DNA from: a virus
Length of the DNA stretch: 64,000 nucleotides
IMG/VR virus record: IMGVR_UViG_3300049171_000040
Span: 1-64,000 of that record
Reading direction: 5' to 3' (one strand)
Position 1 is the stretch's first letter. Each line of letters opens with the position of its first letter. This document shows, one piece after another, positions 36,280-45,225 of the stretch. The notes under the pieces were generated by a model. The model worked only from the letters and a program-made list of their open reading frames with translations. It searched no databases and was not told where the DNA came from. The translations under genes and the position numbers were made by a program.

Positions 36280-37850
36280 CGCTGGGCCCCGTTCAGACCT
36301 TCGGCCACCGGGGTGGTCGCGACCAGGTCGGCGTCCACTTCTGCGACCGGGTCGGCAGGAGGGACGAAAGCGCCGCGGTCGTCAGGAGCCCACCCCTCGT
36401 CGAGGAGGATCTCCTTGCCTTCGTCGATGCGGTCGCCGCACCAGGTCGGCTTAAATCCGGTGCGGGCGGCGAGCTTCCACTTCGACAACTTCTCGCCCGC
36501 CTTGTAGCGCTTCACCCACCACTTCGCGACACGGCGTTTGTCCTCGTCGGTGGGCTCTTTCTGGTCGGCGTCCTGGTCGTCATCTGGTCGCGTCCTTTCC
36601 GCGTCCTCGTTGCCTTCGGTGTCCCGTGTGGCGTCCAAGCCGGCGGCCGGCGGCGGCAGCAGGAGCGGGTTTGCGATCGGTCGCGGTTCTGGACGCGTCC
36701 ATACCTCGAACGGGATGATCGCGCCGACTGGTCGCGGGTCGCCAGGGTTGATCGCGAGTCGCTTGCGCACCGGGGGGATTAAGGGGGCCGATCTGGTCGG
36801 CGGTTCGGTCGCGGTGTTGGACGCGTCCTGGTCGGAGGTCGCGACCGGCAGCGGGTAGGTCTCGCCGCGGAGGGCGGTGTTGCGATCCAGAGCGGCGGAC
36901 AGGATAATCGCCTCGCTGTCGCGCATCAGGCCGGTGACCGCGGGGTGGTCGAGGTGTTCCCACGGCGCGTCGCCGGGAAGGTCGACCAGGCGCGCCGTGC
37001 CGTATAGAGCCGTCAACGTGTCGAGCATCGCTGACTGCATTCCCCGGTCGCGGGCGAGGCCGGTGTGCTCCACGGCGCGGTCCATCGCCTTGTCGAGCTT
37101 CGTCATCGCGGCGATCATCTTGCGGTCCGATGCGCCGGCCTGGCGGAGCGCGCGGGCTTTCTTCGCAGCCAGGGCCACGCGGGTGATGCGCCGCTGCTTG
37201 TCGACCTCACCCGCGGTACGGTCGCTCGCCTCCGCCAGCCCGAGGCGCACCATCATCCGCTCCGGCGTCACCCGCCAGTGAATACGGCCACGGCCGGTGA
37301 TGCGGTGCCGCTCGATCGCCATGCCGCGCTCCCACAGCCACGCTGCGACCAGCGGCGCCGCGAGCCGGAACATGGCCTCCGGGATGGAGTGCGCGTCCAT
37401 GCTCGACAGGACGGCGGTCAGGCCAGTCAGCGCCCACACCGCTATGCCGTCGATGCCCGCGGAGTAGTTTTCCCGCATGTTGCGCCGGGCCCGCACCGCG
37501 CTGGTGATGACGGCGACCTCGATGAACGCGAACAGCAGGAGGCGCAGCGGCCCGTCGAAGCCGAGGACGTCGTGGGAGAAGCGCCACATGCCTTGGGCTG
37601 AGACGCCCGTGGCGATGATGGCGGCGACGATCGTGAGGACGTCCTCAGCGGTGCGGGCCGCGACGAAGCGGCCGACCACGCGGGCCAGGTGACCGACCGC
37701 GCGCTTGAGGCGGCGTAGCAGCCACCATCCGAACGCGAGAACGAGAACACCGACGACTATGGCGATTGCCCATCGGATTTCCGACGGCAAAGCCTGAAAA
37801 AGATCAACGGGTATACCGCTGACCAGCATGGCAGCACTATCGTGCGTCAT
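36276..37850 (-). CDS. Spd-like / DUF2637-like multi-pass membrane protein with C-terminal HTH
   Basis: About 5 TMs, coiled-coil, Pro-rich linker and terminal LSKWKLAARTGFKPTW; first large gene of the tra operon. Confidence 0.6.
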   Translation of the reverse strand: MTHDSAAMLVSGIPVDLFQALPSEIRWAIAIVVGVLVLAFGWWLLRRLKRAVGHLARVVGRFVAARTAEDVLTIVAAIIATGVSAQGMWRFSHDVLGFDGPLRLLLFAFIEVAVITSAVRARRNMRENYSAGIDGIAVWALTGLTAVLSSMDAHSIPEAMFRLAAPLVAAWLWERGMAIERHRITGRGRIHWRVTPERMMVRLGLAEASDRTAGEVDKQRRITRVALAAKKARALRQAGASDRKMIAAMTKLDKAMDRAVEHTGLARDRGMQSAMLDTLTALYGTARLVDLPGDAPWEHLDHPAVTGLMRDSEAIILSAALDRNTALRGETYPLPVATSDQDASNTATEPPTRSAPLIPPVRKRLAINPGDPRPVGAIIPFEVWTRPEPRPIANPLLLPPPAAGLDATRDTEGNEDAERTRPDDDQDADQKEPTDEDKRRVAKWWVKRYKAGEKLSKWKLAARTGFKPTWCGDRIDEGKEILLDEGWAPDDRGAFVPPADPVAEVDADLVATTPVAEGLNGAQR

Positions 37851-37942
37851 GGGATGCAGACCTCTGCTTCGAATCGGTCGGTCTGTTATCCCAGCGTCCC
37901 CCCGGCTGGCGTTGGCGCGTCAGTTTGGGGGGCGCACTGGAG

Positions 37943-38191
37943 TTATTCGGTTGTGTCTCCGGAGTTGGCGCTCCGGGCTTTCCTCTGTCGCTTCGAGATC
38001 GCCTGCTGAGACATCGCAACGAGTTCGGCGATCTTGTCTTGTGTCCACCTCCGGTTGCCGGCCAGCTTGCGCCGTCCGGCTTCCTGGATCAGGACGTCTA
38101 TCTCGTCGTTGACGGCTTTCAGTCGCCGCGCTGTGTTGCGGAGTCTGTCGGCAAGCATTTCGTCGCTCAGCTCCTCCAGGTTCTCCGGCAC
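37943..38191 (-). CDS. small HTH regulator heading the transfer operon
   Basis: WTQDKIAELVAMSQQAISKR. Confidence 0.75.
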   Translation of the reverse strand: MPENLEELSDEMLADRLRNTARRLKAVNDEIDVLIQEAGRRKLAGNRRWTQDKIAELVAMSQQAISKRQRKARSANSGDTTE

Positions 38192-38221
38192 TTCCTTTGT
38201 CTACCACCGCCCGAAGATCAA

Positions 38222-38236
38222 TACAACCTGGTTGTA
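38222..38236. promoter_or_regulatory. palindromic operator TACAACC-T-GGTTGTA
   Basis: Perfect 7-1-7 inverted repeat in an AT-rich patch about 30 nt upstream of the HTH gene. Confidence 0.6.
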
Positions 38237-38311
38237 AACCTTAATGTCGATGCGGCGAAGCCCCCACCCGTCACGGGAGGGGGCCGGGCTGCTGCGCTAT
38301 CGCAGGTCGAG

Positions 38312-38455
38312 TCACCGGGATTTACGCCATGGACGCCACCCACGCTGCCAGTCACGCCGCCAGTCGTCTACAAGCGACTGCACGACTATCGCCGCGAACG
38401 CGCACAGCACCAGGATGGCCAGCCATTCGCCTGCAGCATGCACCGCGTCGTACAT
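38312..38455 (-). CDS. small membrane protein
   Basis: RBS GAGGAG; single TM plus basic tail. Confidence 0.45.
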   Translation of the reverse strand: MYDAVHAAGEWLAILVLCAFAAIVVQSLVDDWRRDWQRGWRPWRKSR

Positions 38456-38691
38456 CAGTTCTCCTCGGTTGAACGGGCCATCTGGCCCTTGTACGTTCCC
38501 GACTTTGGGAGCGCCTTGCGCAGCTCTGGGGTAGCTCGGGGTCGTCCGCATGGGGCGCTGTCGCTTGGCATGAGTCGCCTCCGTGAGGGGGTTGGATGTG
38601 GCCTCGCCATCCCGCCGGAGGTGACCAAGATGTCGAGGCCACGATCGGACCCGGCCGCCGCGGGCGTGGTGAGGGTGCGGCGGCCGGGAGA

Positions 38692-38919
38692 CTAGGGAGG
38701 GTCGGGGACCGACCCGGATTGCCGGTAAGCCGGAGCGGCGGTGCCGGGCTCCTCCGCCTCGGCGGGGGGCGGCGCGTGCAGCTCGTAGCCGAGATAGCCG
38801 GGCCGCGCCAGGCAGCACCCCGGATTAAGGCCGAGCGGCACCTTGAACGCCTGCCACTCACGCCCCCACGCGGTCATCGCACGGTAGATGCCTTTACCGC
38901 AGAACCGGCAGAAAGTCAT
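38692..38919 (-). CDS. small Cys-rich hypothetical protein
   Basis: MTFCRFCGK...CC...H; ATGA-coupled. Confidence 0.45.
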   Translation of the reverse strand: MTFCRFCGKGIYRAMTAWGREWQAFKVPLGLNPGCCLARPGYLGYELHAPPPAEAEEPGTAAPAYRQSGSVPDPP

Positions 38920-39062
38920 GAGGGTTCCGCCGGCTCGTGTCCGCCCCACCCTTTGACGGCGCAGCGTCCCGCGTGCGGTCCGACGATGGCTTCCCACGCG
39001 GTGCCGAGTGCGCTGCTGATCTCCTGGATCTCCAGGTCGCAGTGGCGGCAGACGGCGGTCAC
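38916..39062 (-). CDS. small Cys/His hypothetical protein
   Basis: CRHC...W...C...HEP; GTGA-coupled. Confidence 0.45.
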   Translation of the reverse strand: MTAVCRHCDLEIQEISSALGTAWEAIVGPHAGRCAVKGWGGHEPAEPS

Positions 39063-39463
39063 GGCGTCACGCTCACGAGGAACCAGACGACCTTGCCGCC
39101 GCCGGGGAGCGGGTCCGCGCCCCATTTGTCGGCGTTGAAGTCAACGATGTGCAGGCCGCGCCCGCGAGTAGCTTCGGCGTCGGGCTGGCGGGGGATGAGC
39201 GGAACCATGGCGCCGTGGTCGCGGACTTCGCCACGGACGATGTGCCCGTACCGGTAGAGCGCCAGCGTGACCGGCGGTCCGCCGTGGACGACGGCGTTCG
39301 TGACGAGTTCGCTGACGAGGAGTTCGATGTCCTCGGCGGGCGTGCCCGTGATCTCCCATTCGGCGAGAGTGTCGCGGACCATCTTGCGGGCATCGCCCAC
39401 GGACCTATAGTCGCCGGTCAACTCCTTGCACGCATGCTGTGGGACGCACGCCTCGGTGATCAC
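39059..39463 (-). CDS. ATP-binding protein (HATPase_c, RsbW/AbaA-like)
   Basis: LLVSELVTNAVVHG, EVRD.G, GRGLHIV, WG and GKVVWF. Confidence 0.9.
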   Translation of the reverse strand: MITEACVPQHACKELTGDYRSVGDARKMVRDTLAEWEITGTPAEDIELLVSELVTNAVVHGGPPVTLALYRYGHIVRGEVRDHGAMVPLIPRQPDAEATRGRGLHIVDFNADKWGADPLPGGGKVVWFLVSVTP

Positions 39464-39750
39464 GACGTCACCACCTGCTCATCGCGCGTGCGCTCCGCCA
39501 ACTCCTCGGCGAGCGTCGCCAGCAGGTCGTGTACGCCGAGGAGCCTGTCGAGCGCGGCCCGGTTGTCCGCGCTGACGGTGACGGCGCATCCGGCGTCTCG
39601 CTGAGCTCGGCTCAGCGCGTCCCTGCGGGTGACCCACCAGCGGTCGCTGTCGGTGCGCCACGGCTGGTTCCAGCCGGAGAAGTCCGGCTCGATCGGCTGC
39701 ATCAGCGGCTCCGTCATGATCTGGGCGGGCGGTTGTCTGTGCCCTATCAT
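39460..39750 (-). CDS. hypothetical protein
   Basis: W.TD..RWW.TR...L.....AGC..TV.AD motif; coupled to the ATP-binding gene. Confidence 0.55.
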   Translation of the reverse strand: MIGHRQPPAQIMTEPLMQPIEPDFSGWNQPWRTDSDRWWVTRRDALSRAQRDAGCAVTVSADNRAALDRLLGVHDLLATLAEELAERTRDEQVVTS

Positions 39751-39861
39751 GTGGCTGCACGGTCAAAACTGCAACGTGCAATTTGAGATGCGACCCAAAT
39801 GTCTCTTTCTGAGTCGTCTGTGGATTACGATCAGCATCTCGACACGGCCAGGAGACGAGTG

Positions 39862-40713
39862 ATGACAGAGAGCAGCCGAAGCCCGACAGTCCGCCGACGC
39901 CGCCTGGCGACCGAACTGCGACGCCTCCGCGAAGCGGCGGGCCTCACCATGGAGGACGCCGGCGAGGCTCTCGACCTGTCGCGCGCCACCATCTCGCGCA
40001 TCGAGGCAGGCAAGACCGCCAGGCCGAGACCCCGCGACATCCGGGACATGCTCGATCGCTACGGAGTGACAGACCCGCAGGAGCGGGAGGCGATCATGGA
40101 GCTTGCTCGCGGCGCCCGCGAACGCGGATGGTGGGAGCAGTACAAGGGCGTCTTCACGGGTACGTTCGTCGGGCTGGAGGCCGAGGCATCCAAGCTCCGC
40201 ACCTTCGAACCGCTGGTCATCCCCGGCCTACTCCAAACCCCGGAGTACGCGGCGGCGCTGACCCGCGCCTCCCTCGTCCGCGACCCCGCCGAGGTCGCCA
40301 GGCACGTGGAAGCCAGGATGCGGCGCCAGGAAATCCTGGCGAGAGAGAACCCTCCGCGTTACTGGGCGATCATCGACGAGGCCGCACTGCTGCGACCCAT
40401 CGGCGGCGCGGACGTCCGACGTGAGCAGATACGCAAGCTGATAGACACGAGCCCACTCGATCACGTGACGGTCCAGGTCATGCCGATGTCCGCCGGCCCG
40501 CACGTGGGACTCTGGGGTCAGTTCGTCATCCTGGACTTCAATTCCGAGACGGACCGCAGCCTGGTCTACGTGGAGACGCCTACGGACGGGCTCTATCTGG
40601 AAGAGCCTGATCATGTCGAACGCTATACCCTGATGTTCCAGCACCTCTGTGCAGACGCACTGGGTGCTGACGCGTCGATCGCGTATCTGTCCAGTATGGT
40701 CGACCGCTTGTGA
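39862..40713 (+). CDS. XRE HTH + DUF5753 regulator (WhiJ-like)
   Basis: SPTVRRRRL..ELRRLRE, RGWW, IPGLLQT.EYA and IIDEAAL.R. Confidence 0.92.
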   Translation: MTESSRSPTVRRRRLATELRRLREAAGLTMEDAGEALDLSRATISRIEAGKTARPRPRDIRDMLDRYGVTDPQEREAIMELARGARERGWWEQYKGVFTGTFVGLEAEASKLRTFEPLVIPGLLQTPEYAAALTRASLVRDPAEVARHVEARMRRQEILARENPPRYWAIIDEAALLRPIGGADVRREQIRKLIDTSPLDHVTVQVMPMSAGPHVGLWGQFVILDFNSETDRSLVYVETPTDGLYLEEPDHVERYTLMFQHLCADALGADASIAYLSSMVDRL

Positions 40714-40722
40714 GGCATCGGT

Positions 40723-40920
40723 ATGGATCTGTCCCGCGCCGAATGGCGCAAAAGTACGCTCAGTCAGGGTGGCGGCAATAACTGCGTTGAGGTGGCCAGC
40801 AATCTGCCTGGCATCATCGCGGTCCGCGACTCCAAGGACCCCGAGGGCCCCAAGCTGGTCTTCACCCCTGGCGAATGGTCAGCATTCGTCGGCGGCGTGA
40901 AGGGCGGCGAGTTCGGGTAG
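40723..40920 (+). CDS. DUF397 protein
   Basis: WRKS..S...NCVEVA...VRDSKDP.GP.L.F...EW.AF. Confidence 0.93.
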   Translation: MDLSRAEWRKSTLSQGGGNNCVEVASNLPGIIAVRDSKDPEGPKLVFTPGEWSAFVGGVKGGEFG

Positions 40921-40931
40921 TCACGACAACG

Positions 40932-40969
40932 GCGAAGCCCCCGGGTCCTGTGAGGGCCGGGGGCTTCGC
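40932..40969. terminator. hairpin terminator
   Basis: GCGAAGCCCCCGG...CCGGGGGCTTCGC. Confidence 0.7.
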
Positions 40970-41037
40970 TGTATCTGTCCTACTACCCACAATAGCCCCA
41001 TTCGGCTCTCTCGCAGGACCAACCGCGCGAACCTCAC

Positions 41038-41259
41038 ATGGCTCTATCTGATCGATCTACACCATTGCGCGGTGTCGTCGCTCAGAATACCGTCGGTGAC
41101 GACCCCACCCCCTGCCCCGAGGAGTCGTCATGGACCGGGCAGGGCCACTGGTACGAGAACGTGACGACCAAGACCCCGTCGGGCGGGACGGTCGTCACGC
41201 AGAAGCGCGTCAGTTGTAGGCCCTGCGGCGGCACCGGCCAGATCCCCGATAGCAAGTAA
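41038..41259 (+). CDS. small DnaJ-type Zn-finger-like protein
   Basis: CP....WTGQG...CRPCGGTG; the first repeat is degenerate. Confidence 0.4.
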   Translation: MALSDRSTPLRGVVAQNTVGDDPTPCPEESSWTGQGHWYENVTTKTPSGGTVVTQKRVSCRPCGGTGQIPDSK

Positions 41260-41454
41260 GTCGCTAAGCCCATAGGGTCACGCCGAGCGGGTTTGTTCCG
41301 GGCAGGAACGACTCGGCGTGACCGACGCGACTCTAGATGGTTACTGGCCGGTATCCCAGTAGTTGACCTAACTCGAACTGCATCATGTCCTGCCGCATCC
41401 TGTATAGGATCATGGAAATGATGACCCGGCGAGGGGTCCATCTAGGGTCAGGAC

Positions 41455-41874
41455 GTGATCGATTACGAGTCGGAATTCACCGTAAAAGAGCAGGTCGCCG
41501 CCGATCTCCGGCGTCGCATCGCTGACGGTGAATGGGGCCCCCGCCGCAGGCTTCCGACCGTGGTCCACCTAACACAGCAGTACGGTGTCGCTAAGGACAC
41601 CGTCGCGCTCGCGCTAGGCATGCTCCGAGACCTGGGAGTGATCTACACGGTCCCCAACCGAGGCAGTTTCGTACGGCTCGGCGCCGACAACGTAACCGTC
41701 GTCACGCTCGGGCCAGGAGACCGCGGCTTCATCCGCCAGCCGAGCGAGAACGAGCGCACCGACCTCGACCTAGGCGAGGACGTCATGGTGCTGGTCGTCG
41801 AGCGCGCCGGGGGAGAGGTCGAGGTTCTGCCGGCCGACAAGGTGGAGCTGTCCGGCGAGGTGTCTGAGAAGTGA
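41455..41874 (+). CDS. GntR-family winged-helix regulator
   Basis: QVAADLRRRI..GEW.P..RLP....L...YGVA..TV..AL..L...G......RGSFV. Confidence 0.9.
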   Translation: MIDYESEFTVKEQVAADLRRRIADGEWGPRRRLPTVVHLTQQYGVAKDTVALALGMLRDLGVIYTVPNRGSFVRLGADNVTVVTLGPGDRGFIRQPSENERTDLDLGEDVMVLVVERAGGEVEVLPADKVELSGEVSEK

Positions 41875-42028
41875 GTGACAGCACGTCAGCGGCCGTGAGG
41901 GTTTCGGTCATTCGCTCTGTGATTGGTCTAGTCGGCCAAGATCGTGCTTACCGCACTCGCCTTTAAGGTTTTCGCTCGGCCGTGACGTGGGTATACGCAG
42001 CTCGCTACATTGTTCGACCCCGAATCTC

Positions 42029-42073
42029 CTTACAAGCGAGGGGTCACTGGTTCGAACCCAGTACCGCCCACCA
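42029..42073 (+). other. attP core = 3' half of tRNA-Val(TAC)
   Basis: CTTACAA GCGAG GGGTC ACTGG TTCGAAC CCAGT ACCGCCC A CCA, with no 5' half upstream; about 100 nt before the integrase; followed by a hairpin. Confidence 0.88.
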
Positions 42074-42178
42074 CAAGCCCCTGACCAGCAGAAACGGTCG
42101 GGGGCTTCTTGCTTGCCTTTTGGCTACATTGCATCTACACCCCTCGCCTTTTCCGATCGCGCCACCTACCTTGGCGCA

Positions 42179-43108
42179 ATGGCACCCCTCACAGAAGCCG
42201 CCAAACGCAATTTCGGACCAGAAATTACGTCATTTCGGAGGCACCTTAAATCGGAGAACAAGTCCGACAACACCGTCCGGATCTACACCGACGCCACCGA
42301 GCGGTTCGCGAACTGGCTCACCGGCCAGCCCGATGGCGAGATGGACCCGGCCGAGGCGTGGGAAGACGTCGAACGCTCCGACATTCAGAACTGGATCGTG
42401 TCCTTGCTCGACACGAGGTCGCCCGGCTACGCGAACAACCAGTTCAGGGCCATCCAGCAGTTCTTCAAGTGGTGGGCCGAAGAGGAAGAACTACCCAACC
42501 TGATGCTCGGAATGAAACCCCCGCATGTCCCCGAGCAGCCTGTGACCGTCATACGCAAGGAGCAACTCGGCGCGCTCCTCAAGGACTGCCAGGGGAGAGA
42601 ATTCCTCAACCGCCGCGACCTGGCGATCCTCTACGTGTTCATGGACTCCGGTGTCCGCCGAGCCGAACTGGTGGGCCTCAACCGCGACCACGTGGACCTG
42701 GACATGCGGGAGATCACCGTCCTGGGCAAGGGCCGCCGGCAGCGTGTTGTCACCATCGGGCGAAAGGCCGTCGTTGTGATCGACCGCTACCTGACACTCC
42801 GGGACAAGCAGCCGTGGGCCGACAGCCCCGCCCTGTGGCTGAGCGCAACAACGGGCGAGCCCCTCACGAAGTGGGGGATACGGGAGATGCTGGAGCGCCG
42901 CGGCCGGGCGGTCGGCATCGACCATCTCTCCGCCCACGACCTGCGCCATTCGTGGGCGCACTACGCCAAGCAGAACCTCACCGAGGAGGAACTGATGCGC
43001 CTCGCCGGCTGGCGCTCCCGGCAGATGGTCGACCGTTACGCGGCCTCCCTCGCCGATGAGCGGGCAAGGGAGGCCGGCAAGCGTCTCCCGCTGGGCGACG
43101 CGCTGTGA
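42179..43108 (+). CDS. int: tyrosine integrase
   Basis: SGVRRAEL, GKG, HDLRH, LAGW and DRY; adjacent to attP. Confidence 0.92.
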   Translation: MAPLTEAAKRNFGPEITSFRRHLKSENKSDNTVRIYTDATERFANWLTGQPDGEMDPAEAWEDVERSDIQNWIVSLLDTRSPGYANNQFRAIQQFFKWWAEEEELPNLMLGMKPPHVPEQPVTVIRKEQLGALLKDCQGREFLNRRDLAILYVFMDSGVRRAELVGLNRDHVDLDMREITVLGKGRRQRVVTIGRKAVVVIDRYLTLRDKQPWADSPALWLSATTGEPLTKWGIREMLERRGRAVGIDHLSAHDLRHSWAHYAKQNLTEEELMRLAGWRSRQMVDRYAASLADERAREAGKRLPLGDAL

Positions 43109-43963
43109 TCAGTCGAGAAGGCACACGTCTAGGAGTGGGTCGACGTCGATGTGGATGAGTCCGCCGCAGCCGTCCAGATTCTTCTTTGGCGGATGCTCCG
43201 GCGTCGGAGTCTTCTTGTCTGGTTTATCGGGCTTGATTGGCTTCTCGGGCTTCTCGGGCTTCTCGGGTGTAGGGCGCGGAGGAATCCGCGGAGACACCGG
43301 AGGTGCTGATCTCTCAGGCGGTCGTAGGGTGATTACCGGTCTAGGCGGGGCTGCGGTGGTGGTCGGATGAGGCTGACTCATCGTCGGTGTAGGTGTGGGC
43401 CGTTTTCGCCGCGGTGATGGCATGACCTGTGGGATGCGGTCCGCATCGGGCGGCTCGCTGGACGGCAACACAACCTCTGCAGGCGGCATGGTGGTTGCCC
43501 GCCTTGAAGACTTCGGTTCACGCGGCGCCGGGGTTTCGCGATGTTCTCGGGTGTGCGTGGGCGAGGGGACCGCCGGGGGTACCGTCGCCGTGACCACCCG
43601 AGACGAAGTCGACCCGGCAACCGGCGAGTTCACGCCCCCGTCCCCGCTGACCACAGCGCCTGTGATGGCAACTGCTACGGCTACCGAGGCGGCCAGCCCT
43701 GCCCCTCCGATGGCCACGGCCTTGCCGGGGGCGCTTTCGGCGACTTCTGCCACGTGCTGCCAGCCGAGCAGGAGCGGAACCGGGATAAGCGTGCGCCATC
43801 CCGTGCGCTTATGGCGCATCGCATAGATGATCGCTTCAGCGCGCTCTTTCCCCTTCAAGCTCGCATCCACTTCTACAATAAGGCGACCCTCATTGTCCCA
43901 ATAAGCCGCAGCCGAAAATGGGGCATCTTCTATTTCGCGGATCTCGTCGGGGAAATCGATCAC
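43109..43963 (-). CDS. membrane protein with Pro-rich extracellular tail
   Basis: GTGA-coupled start VIDFPD, central TM, PEK repeats, C-terminal Cys pair. Confidence 0.6.
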   Translation of the reverse strand: MIDFPDEIREIEDAPFSAAAYWDNEGRLIVEVDASLKGKERAEAIIYAMRHKRTGWRTLIPVPLLLGWQHVAEVAESAPGKAVAIGGAGLAASVAVAVAITGAVVSGDGGVNSPVAGSTSSRVVTATVPPAVPSPTHTREHRETPAPREPKSSRRATTMPPAEVVLPSSEPPDADRIPQVMPSPRRKRPTPTPTMSQPHPTTTAAPPRPVITLRPPERSAPPVSPRIPPRPTPEKPEKPEKPIKPDKPDKKTPTPEHPPKKNLDGCGGLIHIDVDPLLDVCLLD

Positions 43964-44331
43964 GTCCCGGCGCCACCCTTCAGCTGCTCCTGCAGCTGCT
44001 GCCATCGTCGCGCCTCGCCGGCCGGGTCCGCGTACCCTACGCACCGAACCGCGAGGGTTCTGGGGATGCCATGCACCTCGACTTCCACTGAGCGGAAGCG
44101 GGTGCCGCGAGAGCGGAGGGCATCGACCACATTGTCCGGTGGAGCGTTCCTTTCCTTCTCAGCCGCGGCGGCGACCAGCCCGGAGGTCGCTAAGGCGAGC
44201 TCCTCTGTCACGTCTTTCAATCTGCGGCCGATGAACTCAGCGTCATTGCTGGCTTCGATCGCATCGAGGAGGCGAGTCGTTCGCTCCCGTACACGTTGAA
44301 TGGTTTCGTCGTGGTTGTGCCCTGTCGTCAC
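43960..44331 (-). CDS. hypothetical protein
   Basis: RBS GGGGG/GGTG; coupled to the downstream gene. Confidence 0.5.
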   Translation of the reverse strand: MTTGHNHDETIQRVRERTTRLLDAIEASNDAEFIGRRLKDVTEELALATSGLVAAAAEKERNAPPDNVVDALRSRGTRFRSVEVEVHGIPRTLAVRCVGYADPAGEARRWQQLQEQLKGGAGT

Positions 44332-44572
44332 CTGTCACCCCCCTGGATGCGCACCATTGCGCACCAGTAGCCACTTTTCCCCCTCGCCGTCCCTGCCCGT
44401 AGGTTTAGCCATTGGACGACTGATTTGGGTAAGACGCCATACCAAAACGGGGGACGTTGCGGGATTGTGACAAAGCGCTTACATGAAAGCTTCAGGGATG
44501 AAACGTTCAAATATGAGCAAGTCGACACGACGCTCATAAATCGACAAAAGTCAAAGAGTGGAGTCGTTTCCC

Positions 44573-45031
44573 TCAAGCGCGCCTGCGGAACTCCTCGATC
44601 TTGGCCGACGGGGCGTCCCCTTCGGCTTCCGTACGTAGCGCCTGCAGTACGCCGATGAGCGTCCGGCGCTCTACTGGTGAAAGGGTCGTGATCCGCCAGA
44701 TCGCCGCCTCGTCCGGATCGTCGTAAGGCGTCGCCGGTTCTGGTGCGGGCTTCATGGGCTCGTCGGGCACGTTCACCCTGTCGCCGTAGCCTGCCGCGCT
44801 CATGAGTTGCTGAGCCAACTCGGCGAGTTCTGGAGAGCGCCCGGCGATGTTGCCGGTGAGCCGTCGCATGGCCTCATACGCGGGCTTGTTGGTAGCGCGC
44901 GTCCATCGGTTGACCTGAGTTCGGTCGCGTCCTGCGAGCGCGCCAATCTCGGCCTGGGTGAGGTCAGCTCGTTTCATGACCTCTTGCAGCACCGTGCGGA
45001 AGAGGTCGGGGTCCCAACCTGGTGTGTGCAC
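44573..45031 (-). CDS. immunity repressor (CI-like XRE HTH)
   Basis: LTQAEIGALAGRDRTQVNRW....KP; divergent from Cro-like and antirepressor genes, near int. Confidence 0.75.
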   Translation of the reverse strand: MHTPGWDPDLFRTVLQEVMKRADLTQAEIGALAGRDRTQVNRWTRATNKPAYEAMRRLTGNIAGRSPELAELAQQLMSAAGYGDRVNVPDEPMKPAPEPATPYDDPDEAAIWRITTLSPVERRTLIGVLQALRTEAEGDAPSAKIEEFRRRA

Positions 45032-45225
45032 GCACGCACGTTAACACGCTTCTTGACTCTCATCAATGCTGATAGGGACGTCTTTCCAGGCAGATGCACA
45101 AGTGCACGCGTGCACTGAGGGTGTCTGAGCGGCCAACGTGGTTATTGATCTGCGAAAAGAATCATGATCTCAGGTGTTGCGCGCATGCACTCACACATGC
45201 CAGAGTGCGTGCATGCACGACGCAC
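45020..45225. promoter_or_regulatory. divergent promoter/operator region with TGCA-core palindromes
   Basis: AGTGCACGCGTGCACT (45101-45116), CGTGCATGCACG (45208-45219) and further TGCAC copies. Confidence 0.6.

Noticed and set aside
31123-41874. Autonomous AICE inserted in the phage
   Set aside because: No RepSA/RepAM or primase-polymerase gene and no bounding att repeats were recognised. This is not fully excluded without comparative genomics.
41990-42073. Complete tRNA-Val gene
   Set aside because: There is no 5' acceptor strand or D arm upstream of the anticodon loop; it is an attP core.
43215-43270. Tandem repeat GGCTTCTCG
   Set aside because: It simply encodes the PEK/PDK low-complexity tail of the minus-strand membrane protein.
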